NCBI GenBank assembly: GCA_963735595.1
Contig: CAVTLK010000001.1
Span: forward strand, 352,001-416,000
Direction of reading: 5' to 3'
DNA from: an uncultured delta proteobacterium
Lineage (GTDB): Bacteria > Desulfobacterota > Zymogenia > Zymogenales > Zymogenaceae
DNA: 64,000 nt
Below, in pieces: positions 19,711 through 29,570 of this stretch. The number at the start of each line of letters is the position of its first letter. The stretch's first letter is position 1. The notes beneath the pieces were generated by a model. That model worked only from the letters and a program-made list of their open reading frames with translations. It did not search any database and was not told the origin of the DNA. A program made the translations under genes and the position numbers.

Positions 19711-20778
19711 ATGTTAGACAAGCTCAGAGACATTGAACTCAGATATGAAGATCTCGATCGGATCCTCTCTGATTCCGACGTCGCGAAGGACCCCGACCGA
19801 TACAAGAAGCTTTCTAAGGAGCGGTCGGATCTTGAGCCGATCGTTATGGAGTTTCGGCGATATCGAAGCCTTACCAACGAGCTTGCCGGTAACAAGGAAC
19901 TCATTTCTGACAGCGACGCCGAAATGCGGGAAATGGCCAAGGGAGAAATCGAGCGGATCGAAACCGACGTTGCGGCCGCCGAAGAGAATCTTAAACGCCT
20001 CCTCATACCCAAAGACCCCAACGATACCAAGAATATCTTTATCGAGATACGTGCGGGTACGGGGGGAGAAGAGGCAGCCCTTTTTGCCGCAGTTCTATTC
20101 AGGATGTATTCCCGCTATGCAGATCTAAACGGCTGGCGTATCGAAGTGATGAGCGCAAACGAAACCGGCGGCGGTGGATTCAAAGAGATCATTGCCCTTA
20201 TCGAGGGTGACCGCGCCTTCAGCCGTTTAAAATATGAGAGCGGTGTTCACCGCGTTCAGCGCGTTCCCGAGACTGAGGCCCAGGGGCGTATTCATACGTC
20301 GGCAGTTACCGTCGCCATTATGCCGGAGGCCGAGGAAATCGATGTGCAGATCGATCCCAACGATCTCAGGATCGATACGTACCGCTCCACCGGTCACGGC
20401 GGCCAGTCTGTTAACACAACCGACAGCGCCGTGCGCATTACCCATATCCCAACGAACCTCGTCGTAACCTGCCAGGACGAAAAGTCCCAACATAAGAATA
20501 AGGCCAAGGCAATGCGGGTCCTCAAGGCGCGTCTCCTCGATTTGATGACCCAGAGGATCGAGTCCGAACGATCCGAGACTCGCAAGAATCAGGTCGGCAC
20601 CGGCGATCGCTCCGAGAGGATTAGAACCTATAATTTCCCCCAGTCGAGGGTCACCGATCACCGCGTCGGTCTGACCATCCACCGTCTGGAGAGCGTGCTC
20701 ATGGGCAACCTCGACGAGATTATCGACGCGCTTGCCACCCACTATCAGGCCGAAGCCCTCAAGAGCAGGGCGGTATGA
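19711..20778 (+). CDS. prfA: Peptide chain release factor 1
   Basis: GTGGEEAALF, HRVQRVPETE (PxT), GGQSVNTTDSAVR, RTYNFPQ. Confidence 0.98.
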   Translation: MLDKLRDIELRYEDLDRILSDSDVAKDPDRYKKLSKERSDLEPIVMEFRRYRSLTNELAGNKELISDSDAEMREMAKGEIERIETDVAAAEENLKRLLIPKDPNDTKNIFIEIRAGTGGEEAALFAAVLFRMYSRYADLNGWRIEVMSANETGGGGFKEIIALIEGDRAFSRLKYESGVHRVQRVPETEAQGRIHTSAVTVAIMPEAEEIDVQIDPNDLRIDTYRSTGHGGQSVNTTDSAVRITHIPTNLVVTCQDEKSQHKNKAKAMRVLKARLLDLMTQRIESERSETRKNQVGTGDRSERIRTYNFPQSRVTDHRVGLTIHRLESVLMGNLDEIIDALATHYQAEALKSRAV

Positions 20779-21692
20779 TTACGGCCGACCGGATTCAGAC
20801 GACCCCGGATACGCCCCGTACCAGCTCTGCGCCCTCTTTTACCCTCCGGGACGCTGTTACGCGAGCTTCACACATCCTCAGAGAAAAGGGCATCGATTCC
20901 TACCGGCTGGACGCACAGTTAATCGTCGCCCATTGCCTCGGGTTGGACCCAATTGATATCTACCGGAAACCTGATCTGGCTATCGATCCCGGACGCGAAT
21001 CGGCGCTGCTGTCTCTCATTTCCAGGCGCGCATCGGGAGTCCCCACGGCCTATATTGTCGGGACAAAGGAATTCTGGTCACTATCTATCAGCGTTGACGA
21101 ACGTGTCCTCATACCCCGACCCGAGACGGAACTCCTCGTTGAAGAGTCGCTGGCGGCCTCACGTCTCTTCCCGGAACACCTCTCGATCCTTGAACTCGGC
21201 ACCGGGTCGGCAGCGGTTTCAATTGCGCTTGGTGTGGAACTTACAGGCGCTCGGATTGTCTCAACAGACGTGTCTGAAGAAGCCTTGAACGTTGCCCGTG
21301 TAAATGTTTTGACCCATAGGTTGGCCGATCGCATATCTCTCAGGCACGGAGACCTTTTTAGTGCGGTAGATCGCGATGATCGTTTTGACCTCATCGTATC
21401 CAACCCCCCCTACCTGACCGACGAAGAGATGGACGGACTCTCACCCGAGGTCAGGTCAGAACCGGGTCGAGCACTCCGTGCCGGTAAAGACGGCCTTTCG
21501 ATTATCAGGCCGATAATTGCGGGCGCTGTCGCTCATCTAAATCCGGGCGGATTTCTCATCTTTGAGATCGGGGCCGGCCAGGCGAGTGGAGTGCAACAGC
21601 TGATTGAACGGACTAAGGGTCTTTCTTTTATCCGGACGAGAAACGACTACGCGGGGCACCCCCGGGTTGTGATTGCGCAACGCACTAATTAA
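20775..21692 (+). CDS. prmC: Release factor glutamine methyltransferase
   Basis: VLIPRPETE, LELGTGS, SNPPY; overlaps the prfA stop codon. Confidence 0.95.
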   Translation: MITADRIQTTPDTPRTSSAPSFTLRDAVTRASHILREKGIDSYRLDAQLIVAHCLGLDPIDIYRKPDLAIDPGRESALLSLISRRASGVPTAYIVGTKEFWSLSISVDERVLIPRPETELLVEESLAASRLFPEHLSILELGTGSAAVSIALGVELTGARIVSTDVSEEALNVARVNVLTHRLADRISLRHGDLFSAVDRDDRFDLIVSNPPYLTDEEMDGLSPEVRSEPGRALRAGKDGLSIIRPIIAGAVAHLNPGGFLIFEIGAGQASGVQQLIERTKGLSFIRTRNDYAGHPRVVIAQRTN

Positions 21693-21713
21693 ATACTACG
21701 TGAGGTTATTGCC

Positions 21714-22973
21714 GTGCTCCAGAAGATGATCGTCACGGGAGGCAAGCCCCTTTCCGGCGAAGTCACCGTCAGCGGCTCGAAAAACGCCGCCCTTCCAATC
21801 CTGATCGCCTCCATTATGGCGCCGGGCCGTTTTGAATTCCGCCACGTTCCCGATTTGATGGATATACGAACGACCGCCGATCTCCTCCGCGAGCTTGGCG
21901 CCGAGGTCGATCATCGCGACACTTTCACCGTCGATTCCACCCCAATCAACAGCTATGAGGCCTCCTGGGAGCTGGTCAGGAAGATGCGCGCCTCGTTCCT
22001 GATCATGGGAGCCCTCATCGCGCGGTTCAGGAAGGCGCGCGTATCACTGCCCGGCGGATGCGAGCTGGGCCTGCGGCCCGTCGATCAGCACCTAAAAGGC
22101 TTTCAGTCTCTCGGGATTAAGATCAGCGAAGAGCACGGCCTGGTGATAGCCGATGCAACCGGACTTCGGGGAGGCAAGGTAGTTTTCGATTTCCCGACGG
22201 TTGGAGCGACGGAAAACCTCCTCATGGCGGCCGTTACCGCAAAGGGAGAGACAGTCATCCGGAACGCCGCCCGGGAACCGGAGGTCGTCGATCTTGCCGT
22301 AGCCCTACAATCAATGGGCGCCAGGATCGACGGGGCCGGCGAAGAGACGATCCGTATCCAGGGCGTTGATTCTCTCAACCCGATCACCCATACGATCATT
22401 CCCGACCGGATTGAGGCGGGGACATTCATGGCGGCCGCCGCCATTACCGGCGGGGACATCGTTATGAAAAACGTCCCGACCGCCATGCTCGTCTCCGTCA
22501 TAGAAATATTCAGGGAAGCCGGCGTTGAGTTCCAGGATTCCGCCGGCGGCCTCAGGGTAATCGGACCGAAAAGTATCCGCCCAGTCGATATCAAGACCTT
22601 GCCCTACCCCGGGTTTCCTACCGACCTGCAAGCGCCGATCACCTCCCTTTTGACGCTTGGAAAGGGTACCAGCATTATCACCGAGACGATCTTCGAAAAA
22701 CGTTTCGCCCACGTACCCGAGCTTATCCGCCTCGGCGCGGATATCACCATCGACGGAGGCAGCGCGGTCATCAAGGGCGCCAAGGGGCTGCTCGGCGCTC
22801 CGGTCATGTCTTCCGATCTCAGGAACAGCGCGGCGTTGATCATCGCGGGGCTAGCGGCCGAAGGCACCACCGAGGTCTATAGAATTTACCACCTCGATCG
22901 CGGATACGAGCGGATGGAAGAAAAACTAACCCGGTTGGGGGCAGAGATCAGGAGGGCGCCACAGGATGGTTAA
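21714..22973 (+). CDS. murA: UDP-N-acetylglucosamine 1-carboxyvinyltransferase
   Basis: SGSKNAALP, LPGGC.LG.RPVDQH, PDRIEAGT, PYPGFPTD.Q, HLDRGYE. Confidence 0.97.
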   Translation: MLQKMIVTGGKPLSGEVTVSGSKNAALPILIASIMAPGRFEFRHVPDLMDIRTTADLLRELGAEVDHRDTFTVDSTPINSYEASWELVRKMRASFLIMGALIARFRKARVSLPGGCELGLRPVDQHLKGFQSLGIKISEEHGLVIADATGLRGGKVVFDFPTVGATENLLMAAVTAKGETVIRNAAREPEVVDLAVALQSMGARIDGAGEETIRIQGVDSLNPITHTIIPDRIEAGTFMAAAAITGGDIVMKNVPTAMLVSVIEIFREAGVEFQDSAGGLRVIGPKSIRPVDIKTLPYPGFPTDLQAPITSLLTLGKGTSIITETIFEKRFAHVPELIRLGADITIDGGSAVIKGAKGLLGAPVMSSDLRNSAALIIAGLAAEGTTEVYRIYHLDRGYERMEEKLTRLGAEIRRAPQDG

Positions 22974-24267
22974 ACTGATTCGCAGTACCGATCCCGGCTT
23001 CCCCGCGTTCCTTAGGAAGATATCCACGAGGGGAGAAATAGTCCCTCCTGATATAGAAGAAACGGTACGCCAGATCATCCAGGACGTCCGCTCCCGGGGC
23101 GACGCAGCCCTTATTGACTGGACCCAGCGTTATGATTCCGTTCGGCTCTCTCCGGAAAAGCTCGAGATACAAAAGGAAGAGATCACCTATTCGGCGTCCC
23201 TTCTTCCGCAAAAAGATCGCGAGACAATTGCAGATGCCGCGGCCAGGATTCGCGCCTACCACGGCCACCAGTCATTGGATTCATTTACCTTCCTGGACGA
23301 GCACTCAAACCGGCTGGGGCAGATCGTCAGGCCGCTTGCCCGCGTCGGGGTCTACGTCCCCGGCGGCCGCGCACCTTACCCCTCGACGCTACTCATGAAC
23401 GTTATACCGGCCCGGATAGCCGGCGTTCGTGAGATAATTGCCGTACACCCGACACCCGGAGGCTCTCCCAGTCCTTCCGTTATGACGGCCGCCGACTACG
23501 CCGGCGTCGATAGGATCTTCAGGGTTGGGGGGGCGCAGGCAGTAGCGGCTCTTGCCTTTGGCACCGAGACGGTCCCCAAGGTTGATAAGATCGTCGGACC
23601 CGGCAATATCTATGTGGCAACCGCCAAGAAGATGCTCTTGGGTGTCGTGGATATCGATATGATTGCCGGCCCCTCGGAGATTGTCATCATCGCGGACGCC
23701 TCGGCAAATCCCGCGTATATCGCCGCAGACCTCCTCTCCCAGGCGGAGCACGACCCGCTGGCCGCCTCCATTCTTATTGTCACCGATGAATCCCTTGCCC
23801 GATACGTGATAGATGAGCTGAACCGCCAGATCGGCACCCTTAGCCGGGCCGATATCGCCCGTGATTCAATCACGAATTACGGTGCGATTATCACCGCCTC
23901 AGATCCGGCCGAGGCCGTCGCGATTGCTAACGATATCGCTCCCGAGCACCTCGAGCTTTTGGTACGTGAGCCCGTCAAGCTGGTAAGCAAGGTTGAAAAC
24001 GCCGGGGCTATCTTCATGGGCGCCCATTCCCCGGAACCGGTAGGTGACTACGCCGCCGGGCCAAACCACGTCCTTCCTACAGGCGGCACCGCCCGCTTCT
24101 CGTCTCCCCTGTCGGTCTACGATTTCTTAAAGAGGATTTCGGTAATTGAGATGAGCCCGCAAGGGCTGGAAGCGGTCGGTCGGACAGCGTACGACTTTGC
24201 AATGATCGAAGGACTCGACGCCCACGCGCGGTCGATCGGGATTCGCATTGGCAAGGGCAAACCGTAG
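22966..24267 (+). CDS. hisD: Histidinol dehydrogenase
   Basis: YVPGG, GGAQAVAALA.GT, GPGNIYV, IDMIAGPSE, QAEHD, APEHLEL, GPNHVLPT. Confidence 0.97.
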   Translation: MVKLIRSTDPGFPAFLRKISTRGEIVPPDIEETVRQIIQDVRSRGDAALIDWTQRYDSVRLSPEKLEIQKEEITYSASLLPQKDRETIADAAARIRAYHGHQSLDSFTFLDEHSNRLGQIVRPLARVGVYVPGGRAPYPSTLLMNVIPARIAGVREIIAVHPTPGGSPSPSVMTAADYAGVDRIFRVGGAQAVAALAFGTETVPKVDKIVGPGNIYVATAKKMLLGVVDIDMIAGPSEIVIIADASANPAYIAADLLSQAEHDPLAASILIVTDESLARYVIDELNRQIGTLSRADIARDSITNYGAIITASDPAEAVAIANDIAPEHLELLVREPVKLVSKVENAGAIFMGAHSPEPVGDYAAGPNHVLPTGGTARFSSPLSVYDFLKRISVIEMSPQGLEAVGRTAYDFAMIEGLDAHARSIGIRIGKGKP

Positions 24268-24383
24268 GATTCGTACTCTATTTCATCGACTATCGAAAGC
24301 CTCCGCCCTTACCATCCCGTACGGAAAGTAGAATACGTATGCTCATTGTGCGCTCATTACGCTTGGCCTATCGCGAGGATGTC

Positions 24384-25445
24384 TTAATTACCGGCCCGGA
24401 TCGAAAGGATATCCCCGTCCTTCACAATATACGTCTTTCCCTCGAGTCTCCAGAGCCCTTTTTTCTTGCATTCCGCGAAGCCGCCGTTGGCAATGAAATC
24501 AGAATACGACACCGTTTCGGCCCGAATGAACTTCTGCGCAAGGTCCGTATGTATTACCGCCGCGGCCTCCTGCGCGGTCGCCCCGTTCCTGATAGGCCAT
24601 GCGCGGCATTCGTCCTCGCCCACCGTTAGAAAAGAGATCAGCCCCAGGAGCTCGGATGCCGTACGAATAATACGGCCTCTGACCGATTGGCGTATCCCGA
24701 GTTCCTCCATGAATGCAGCCCGGTCTTCCTCGGTCATGAGCGCGAGTTCAGCCTCCAGCTTCCCGCATACCGCGAGCACCGGTATATGATCCGGGATTGT
24801 CTTTTTCAGTTCCTCAATTTCCGCCTCCGCTTCGGTGGTCTTTCCTTCCGCGTAATTTACCACTACCATCATCGGTTTCGCCGAAAGGAACTGGAAGTTA
24901 TTCAACTGCTTTTGACCGCTTTCAAAGGCAGCGGCCGTTGCGAGCGGTTTTTCCTCGCTCAGATGGGTCAGGCACTCAGTGAGCATCTTTTCCTCGAGCG
25001 CGACGGCGGCTGCGTTATCCTTTTTGCTTCCCTGCCTTCGTATTCGCTCCAGGCGGTTTTCTATCTGGATCATGTCTGCAATGATGCATTCGTTATAGAT
25101 AGCAAGGAATTCGTCTTTGAGGCGGATAGGACGCCCTTCATCGAAGTCGCGCAGCGTGAGCAACAGGGCGTCGCTGTCGCGCATCTGCTGGAGTTTTTTT
25201 GTTGCGGCGCTATCGTTCTTTATGTCGCCTTCGGCGATCCCAACCGTATCGGCCAGCGTTATACGGGTATATATCTTCTTCTTGGGTTTGAATATCTTCA
25301 CAAGTTCGTCAATACGGTCATCCGGCACGTCGATGACGGCTATATGGTCTCCCGCCGGCTTGTTTTCAACAGGAATCCCGCTCAGCGCCTGAAAGATCGT
25401 TGTCTTTCCGCACCCGGGGGCACCGATAATCGATAGGTGCATCAT
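24384..25445 (-). CDS. YchF/Obg-like NTPase paralogue with C-terminal TGS/DUF933 domain
   Basis: VPDDR, FLSAKP, SFLTVGEDECRAW, IHTDL...FIRAE, LEGK.YIVKDGD; G1 and G3 motifs diverged. Confidence 0.85.
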   Translation of the reverse strand: MMHLSIIGAPGCGKTTIFQALSGIPVENKPAGDHIAVIDVPDDRIDELVKIFKPKKKIYTRITLADTVGIAEGDIKNDSAATKKLQQMRDSDALLLTLRDFDEGRPIRLKDEFLAIYNECIIADMIQIENRLERIRRQGSKKDNAAAVALEEKMLTECLTHLSEEKPLATAAAFESGQKQLNNFQFLSAKPMMVVVNYAEGKTTEAEAEIEELKKTIPDHIPVLAVCGKLEAELALMTEEDRAAFMEELGIRQSVRGRIIRTASELLGLISFLTVGEDECRAWPIRNGATAQEAAAVIHTDLAQKFIRAETVSYSDFIANGGFAECKKKGLWRLEGKTYIVKDGDILSIRAGN

Positions 25446-25638
25446 ATCCTCCAGAGGTTAGGTCGGATTACGATACCTGATCCGACTGCCATTCTTCTTT
25501 GTCAGGGACTACTACATATCCCGATTAGTCACACGAGTAGTCCGTATTACGGAACGCGGCCCATTGAGGGATTCCTTGAGCCTTCGGACAAATAAAAAGG
25601 CCGGCTCCTCGGCCAACCTGATAATGACTCCAAACTAT

Positions 25639-25725
25639 TGGTGCCTGGGGCCGGAATCGAACCGGCACGACGTTGCCGCCGAGGGATTTTAAGTCCCTTG
25701 CGTCTACCTATTCCGCCACCCAGGC
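25639..25725 (-). tRNA. tRNA-Leu (TAA)
   Basis: Cloverleaf with long variable arm, anticodon loop CT-TAA-AA, GTTCGA T-loop, encoded CCA. Confidence 0.95.
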
Positions 25726-25733
25726 AAGGCAGA

Positions 25734-25807
25734 TGGAGGCGGCACCCGGATTTGAACCGGGGATGAAGGTTTTGCAGACCTTTGCCTTACCACTTGGCGA
25801 TGCCGCC
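25734..25807 (-). tRNA. tRNA-Cys (GCA)
   Basis: GGCGGCA acceptor stem, anticodon loop CT-GCA-AA, U discriminator plus CCA. Confidence 0.95.
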
Positions 25808-25819
25808 CGAGGAAAAAAA

Positions 25820-25894
25820 TGGAGCGGGAAACGGGATTTGAACCCGCGACCCTTGCCTTGGCAAGGCAATGCTCTACCGCTGAGCTATTCCCGC
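25820..25894 (-). tRNA. tRNA-Gly (GCC)
   Basis: GCGGGAA acceptor stem, anticodon loop TT-GCC-AA, TCCA end; classic Gly-Cys-Leu order. Confidence 0.95.
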
Positions 25895-25952
25895 TTATGT
25901 TAGGAAGTTTATATTTCTAACATTATCCGTCTTTTTTGTCAAGTATGAAACG

Positions 25953-26993
25953 TTACTTATTGTCTTTTCCCGCGATTTCGTTTTCCAATACCTTCACCTG
26001 ATACCGGTACGACTCGTTTTCCGGATCGACGACGACGGCCTTTTTCATATAGACGAGCGCCTCTTCAACGTTATCCATACGGTAGAGTATCCAGCCCGCA
26101 AGATATAGAAAACGGCCGTTGTCCGGCTCGTATTTCAATGCCTTTTCGGCGTACCCGAGCGCCGTTTTCAATTCATCGTCCTGCTGGGAATAGAGCTTCC
26201 CCAGGGCATAGTAAACTATTGGATCGTCATCGGCCAGATCCAGAGCCATGGTCAGGTGTTCTTCGGCCTTTTCGAAATCACCAAAGCTCCCATAGACAAT
26301 CCCCAAACCGTAATGCGCCTCGTAGGCGTAGTCCTTTTCGTCGACCAGCTTCTGATACTGCAATAGCGCCTTCTGGAACATCTCGGCCCTCGCATACAGA
26401 TCACCGAGGTGGAGAGCTACGTCGGGGTTCCAGACATTGCCGAGGATTAATGCCGCGAGCTCACCCTCCGTTAATGCCTCCGCAATATCGCCATCCTTAA
26501 GGTACACCTTCGACAGGTAGTAGTGGGAATAGGGATGATTCGAATCGAGTGTCACCGACAATCGCAGATATTTCTCGGCGTTCCCATAATCGCCCAGCAC
26601 CCAGTTGACCACGCCGAGATAAAAGTTCGTTGACGGTTTCTTTGAATCCAGCGCGATTGATTTTTTCAGATGATCGAGACTCTCCTGATACCGGCCCGCC
26701 AGGATAAGGGTCCACGCGAGATTATTGAGGATCAGGGTCTCGTTCGGCGCGACGGCCAGGGCCTGGCGGTATTTTTCCTGGGCCTCCTCATATCTACCCT
26801 TTATAGACAGGAAATTACCCTCATTATTGAGGATAAACGCAGGATTCCTTTCTTCGAGCACGAAGTACTCGTATGCCTCTCGCATTTTCGGGGAATCCCC
26901 TTTCGTTACGATCTCTTCTTCTTTGGCCGCCGCTGAAACGGCAATTAACGCGAACAGAATTACGGCTATAGTCCTTTTCATGGTTTGTCCCAT
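25953..26993 (-). CDS. Secreted tetratricopeptide-repeat protein
   Basis: Signal peptide followed by about eight TPR-like repeats (LNNLAW, AHYGLG, YYALG). Confidence 0.85.
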   Translation of the reverse strand: MGQTMKRTIAVILFALIAVSAAAKEEEIVTKGDSPKMREAYEYFVLEERNPAFILNNEGNFLSIKGRYEEAQEKYRQALAVAPNETLILNNLAWTLILAGRYQESLDHLKKSIALDSKKPSTNFYLGVVNWVLGDYGNAEKYLRLSVTLDSNHPYSHYYLSKVYLKDGDIAEALTEGELAALILGNVWNPDVALHLGDLYARAEMFQKALLQYQKLVDEKDYAYEAHYGLGIVYGSFGDFEKAEEHLTMALDLADDDPIVYYALGKLYSQQDDELKTALGYAEKALKYEPDNGRFLYLAGWILYRMDNVEEALVYMKKAVVVDPENESYRYQVKVLENEIAGKDNK

Positions 26994-26995
26994 TA

Positions 26996-28417
26996 TTACG
27001 TGGTAATAAACTCTTTTCCCGACCTCATGAGACGGTCGAGCCTCTCATCGCTTGAGGCCTCCCCGTATATCCTGACTACCGGCTCGGTACCGGATTTCCT
27101 AAAGAGAAGCCACGAACCATCTTCGAGCAGATATTTTGTTCCGTCGATCGTAACCGTCCCCGTCACCGGGATACCCGAGAAGGCCGGTGGGCACGATGCC
27201 ACCTTTGTCGAATAGGCGTCACTAAGCTCTTTGGTGAGCGTCAGGTTTTCCCGGCGAGTCCGGTACGTTCCGACACGTCCGTAGAGCTCTTCGAGCAGCT
27301 GCCGTACCGTCTTTTTCTCACGGCAGACCATCTCGAGGGTCAAAAGACAGGCAATAATCCCGTCTTTTTCCGGGACGTGTCCGAACATCGAAAAGCCCGC
27401 ACTCTCCTCTCCGCCGCCCACGATCTTGTCGGCGGCGATATATTCACCGATATACTTGAAACCAACCGGTGTCTCGAAGCATTCTACACCGTGGTAGCGC
27501 GCGACCGCGTCGATCATATGCGTAGTGGCCACCGAGCGGGCCGTCCCGCCGTGGTACCCCTTTCTTGTTATCAGATAATCCAGCAGGAGAGCAATGATAT
27601 AGTTCGGCTCAACAAACGATCCGTCCGCATCGACGACGCCAAAACGGTCCGCGTCCCCATCTGTGGCCAGGCCGATGACGGTTTTACTGTTACCTTTAAC
27701 AAGTTTGGCGAGCTCGCACAGGCGGGTTTCTGACGGGTCGGGGGCACCGCCCCCGAACAGCGGGTCCTCGGAATTGTGCAGCACGGTCACCGGGATTCCG
27801 TGTTCCAGGAGAATACGATCAAGGTAGCCCCGTCCTGCCGAAAAGAGCGGGTCATACGCAACGGCCGCGCCCGACTTCTTGATAACCGGAAAATCGATCT
27901 TTTCCGTAAGGCCCGCCAGATAGCTTTCGGCAAGATCCACGTCCTCCCATAGCCCCTTGTCCCTGGCTTCCTTCTCATCCATCCGATGTACTACTCCGGA
28001 CGCCACGATTTCGTTTGCCCGACGGCCGATCCATTCGGTTGCCTCGGGGAGCGCGGGCCCGCCCCATTTCGGAGAGTACTTCACCCCCGTGTACTGCGGC
28101 GGGTTATGGCTCGCGGTGATATTAATCGCCCCTCCCGCCTTCCCGTTAATAATAGCCCAGCTGATCGCCGGGGTTGGTACCTCTGCGGCAGATACCAGCG
28201 CCTTAATTCCGTTGCCCGCAAGTACCGACGCCGACTCTCGCACGAAGATATCTCCCATGAAGCGGCTGTCCCGCCCCACGATCATGCCGTCGTGCCCCTC
28301 ACGAACCCGGATAGCGTGTTCGGCTATCGCCTGTGAAACCGCCCGCAGGTTTTCGAAGGTAAAATCATCGGCAATGATCCCACGCCAGCCGGAGGTACCG
28401 AATTTTATCCCTGCCAT
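26996..28417 (-). CDS. Phosphoglucomutase/phosphomannomutase family protein
   Basis: FGTSGWRG, TASHNP, DGDADR, GEESAG, RKSGTEP. Confidence 0.93.
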   Translation of the reverse strand: MAGIKFGTSGWRGIIADDFTFENLRAVSQAIAEHAIRVREGHDGMIVGRDSRFMGDIFVRESASVLAGNGIKALVSAAEVPTPAISWAIINGKAGGAINITASHNPPQYTGVKYSPKWGGPALPEATEWIGRRANEIVASGVVHRMDEKEARDKGLWEDVDLAESYLAGLTEKIDFPVIKKSGAAVAYDPLFSAGRGYLDRILLEHGIPVTVLHNSEDPLFGGGAPDPSETRLCELAKLVKGNSKTVIGLATDGDADRFGVVDADGSFVEPNYIIALLLDYLITRKGYHGGTARSVATTHMIDAVARYHGVECFETPVGFKYIGEYIAADKIVGGGEESAGFSMFGHVPEKDGIIACLLTLEMVCREKKTVRQLLEELYGRVGTYRTRRENLTLTKELSDAYSTKVASCPPAFSGIPVTGTVTIDGTKYLLEDGSWLLFRKSGTEPVVRIYGEASSDERLDRLMRSGKEFITT

Positions 28418-28428
28418 TTGAATAACAC

Positions 28429-29085
28429 CTACTTCAGGAGATAATCGAATCCCGACTTAAAGCAATAGACAGAAAAGCCGAGGAGAAACAGTCCGCAGAA
28501 GGCCGCGATTCCCCGGTAGACTCCGTCGGTGAAAAACCTTCTGCCGAGGCTTATCGATACGGATACAACGCTATACCACAGGAAATCGGCCATCACGTGA
28601 CCGACGAAGAACACTATAATCCCGATAATCCCCAGTTTTACCGAGATGAAAATATACGTAAGCCCAATCGTGAGCCACCATACGCTCCAGTAGGGGTTTG
28701 CCAGGCTTACAATAACGCCGGCAGACAGGGGGTGTTTAAGTATTCTGGCGATAGTGCTCTTTGGAGTTCGGCTCTGTGCATCTGAGAGCGTAAGAAAACG
28801 CACGTTGCGTATCATCGAATATCCCATAGCGAGCATAACGACGCTGCCGATAAACGCGATAACCGAAAGGATAGTATCGTCCTGGAGTATCGTACCGAGT
28901 CCCCAGAGTATAATGATGATAAGGATTAGTTCGAGAATCGCGTGACCGATTATTAGTAGAGGACCCGTCCATGGTCCGCGCGTGACGCTCTCGTTAATCG
29001 TTACGGTCAACAGCGGACCGGGCATAAGCGCCCCGGACAGCGCCAGGAGAAATGATGTAATAAAGATTCCGATAAGAGGCGCCAT
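28429..29085 (-). CDS. LysE-family transporter
   Basis: ALSGALMPGP, GHAILE, SLANPYW..WW; six hydrophobic segments. Confidence 0.85.
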   Translation of the reverse strand: MAPLIGIFITSFLLALSGALMPGPLLTVTINESVTRGPWTGPLLIIGHAILELILIIIILWGLGTILQDDTILSVIAFIGSVVMLAMGYSMIRNVRFLTLSDAQSRTPKSTIARILKHPLSAGVIVSLANPYWSVWWLTIGLTYIFISVKLGIIGIIVFFVGHVMADFLWYSVVSVSISLGRRFFTDGVYRGIAAFCGLFLLGFSVYCFKSGFDYLLK

Positions 29086-29094
29086 AATCTTTTT

Positions 29095-29166
29095 ATTATA
29101 TCATTCCAAAAAGTGGAGGGTCAAGGAATAAAAACTTTTGACACGCTCTCGCGCCCGTGGTAGCAT
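29095..29166. promoter_or_regulatory. Back-to-back divergent sigma70 promoters
   Basis: Plus strand: TTGACA (29138-29143), 17 nt, TGG-TAGCAT (29161-29166). Minus strand: TTGACC (29124-29119), 18 nt, TGA-TATAAT (29100-29095). Confidence 0.65.
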
Positions 29167-29172
29167 TAAAAA

Positions 29173-29568
29173 ATGCAACCGCGGAATCCTTACCCGACCG
29201 TCGATATTATCATCCAATTGGGCGGGGGGATTGTCCTCATAGAGCGAAAGAACCCTCCTCCAGGTTGGGCAATTCCCGGTGGCTTCGTAGACTGGGGAGA
29301 GTCGCTGGAGGAATCGGCGGTTCGGGAGGCCGCCGAAGAAACATCATTGAACGTCACGCTCATCAGACAATTCCACACCTACTCCGATCCCCGGAGAGAT
29401 CCGCGACACCATACAATTACGACCGTCTATATCGCGGCGGCTGAAGGAACTCCACGCGCCGCCGACGATGCCGCGAGTATCGGTATCTTTACCGGGGATG
29501 CCCTCCCCTCTCCCCTAGCCTTTGACCACGCCGCTATTCTGGACGATTATTTCTCTAAACGGTATTGA
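29173..29568 (+). CDS. NUDIX hydrolase
   Basis: Nudix box [39 protein letters not shown]. Confidence 0.92.
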   Translation: MQPRNPYPTVDIIIQLGGGIVLIERKNPPPGWAIPGGFVDWGESLEESAVREAAEETSLNVTLIRQFHTYSDPRRDPRHHTITTVYIAAAEGTPRAADDAASIGIFTGDALPSPLAFDHAAILDDYFSKRY

Positions 29569-29570
29569 TT

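Noticed and set aside
25446..25725. tRNA 3' end as an island integration site
   Set aside because: No integrase nearby and I saw no duplicate of the tRNA 3' end.
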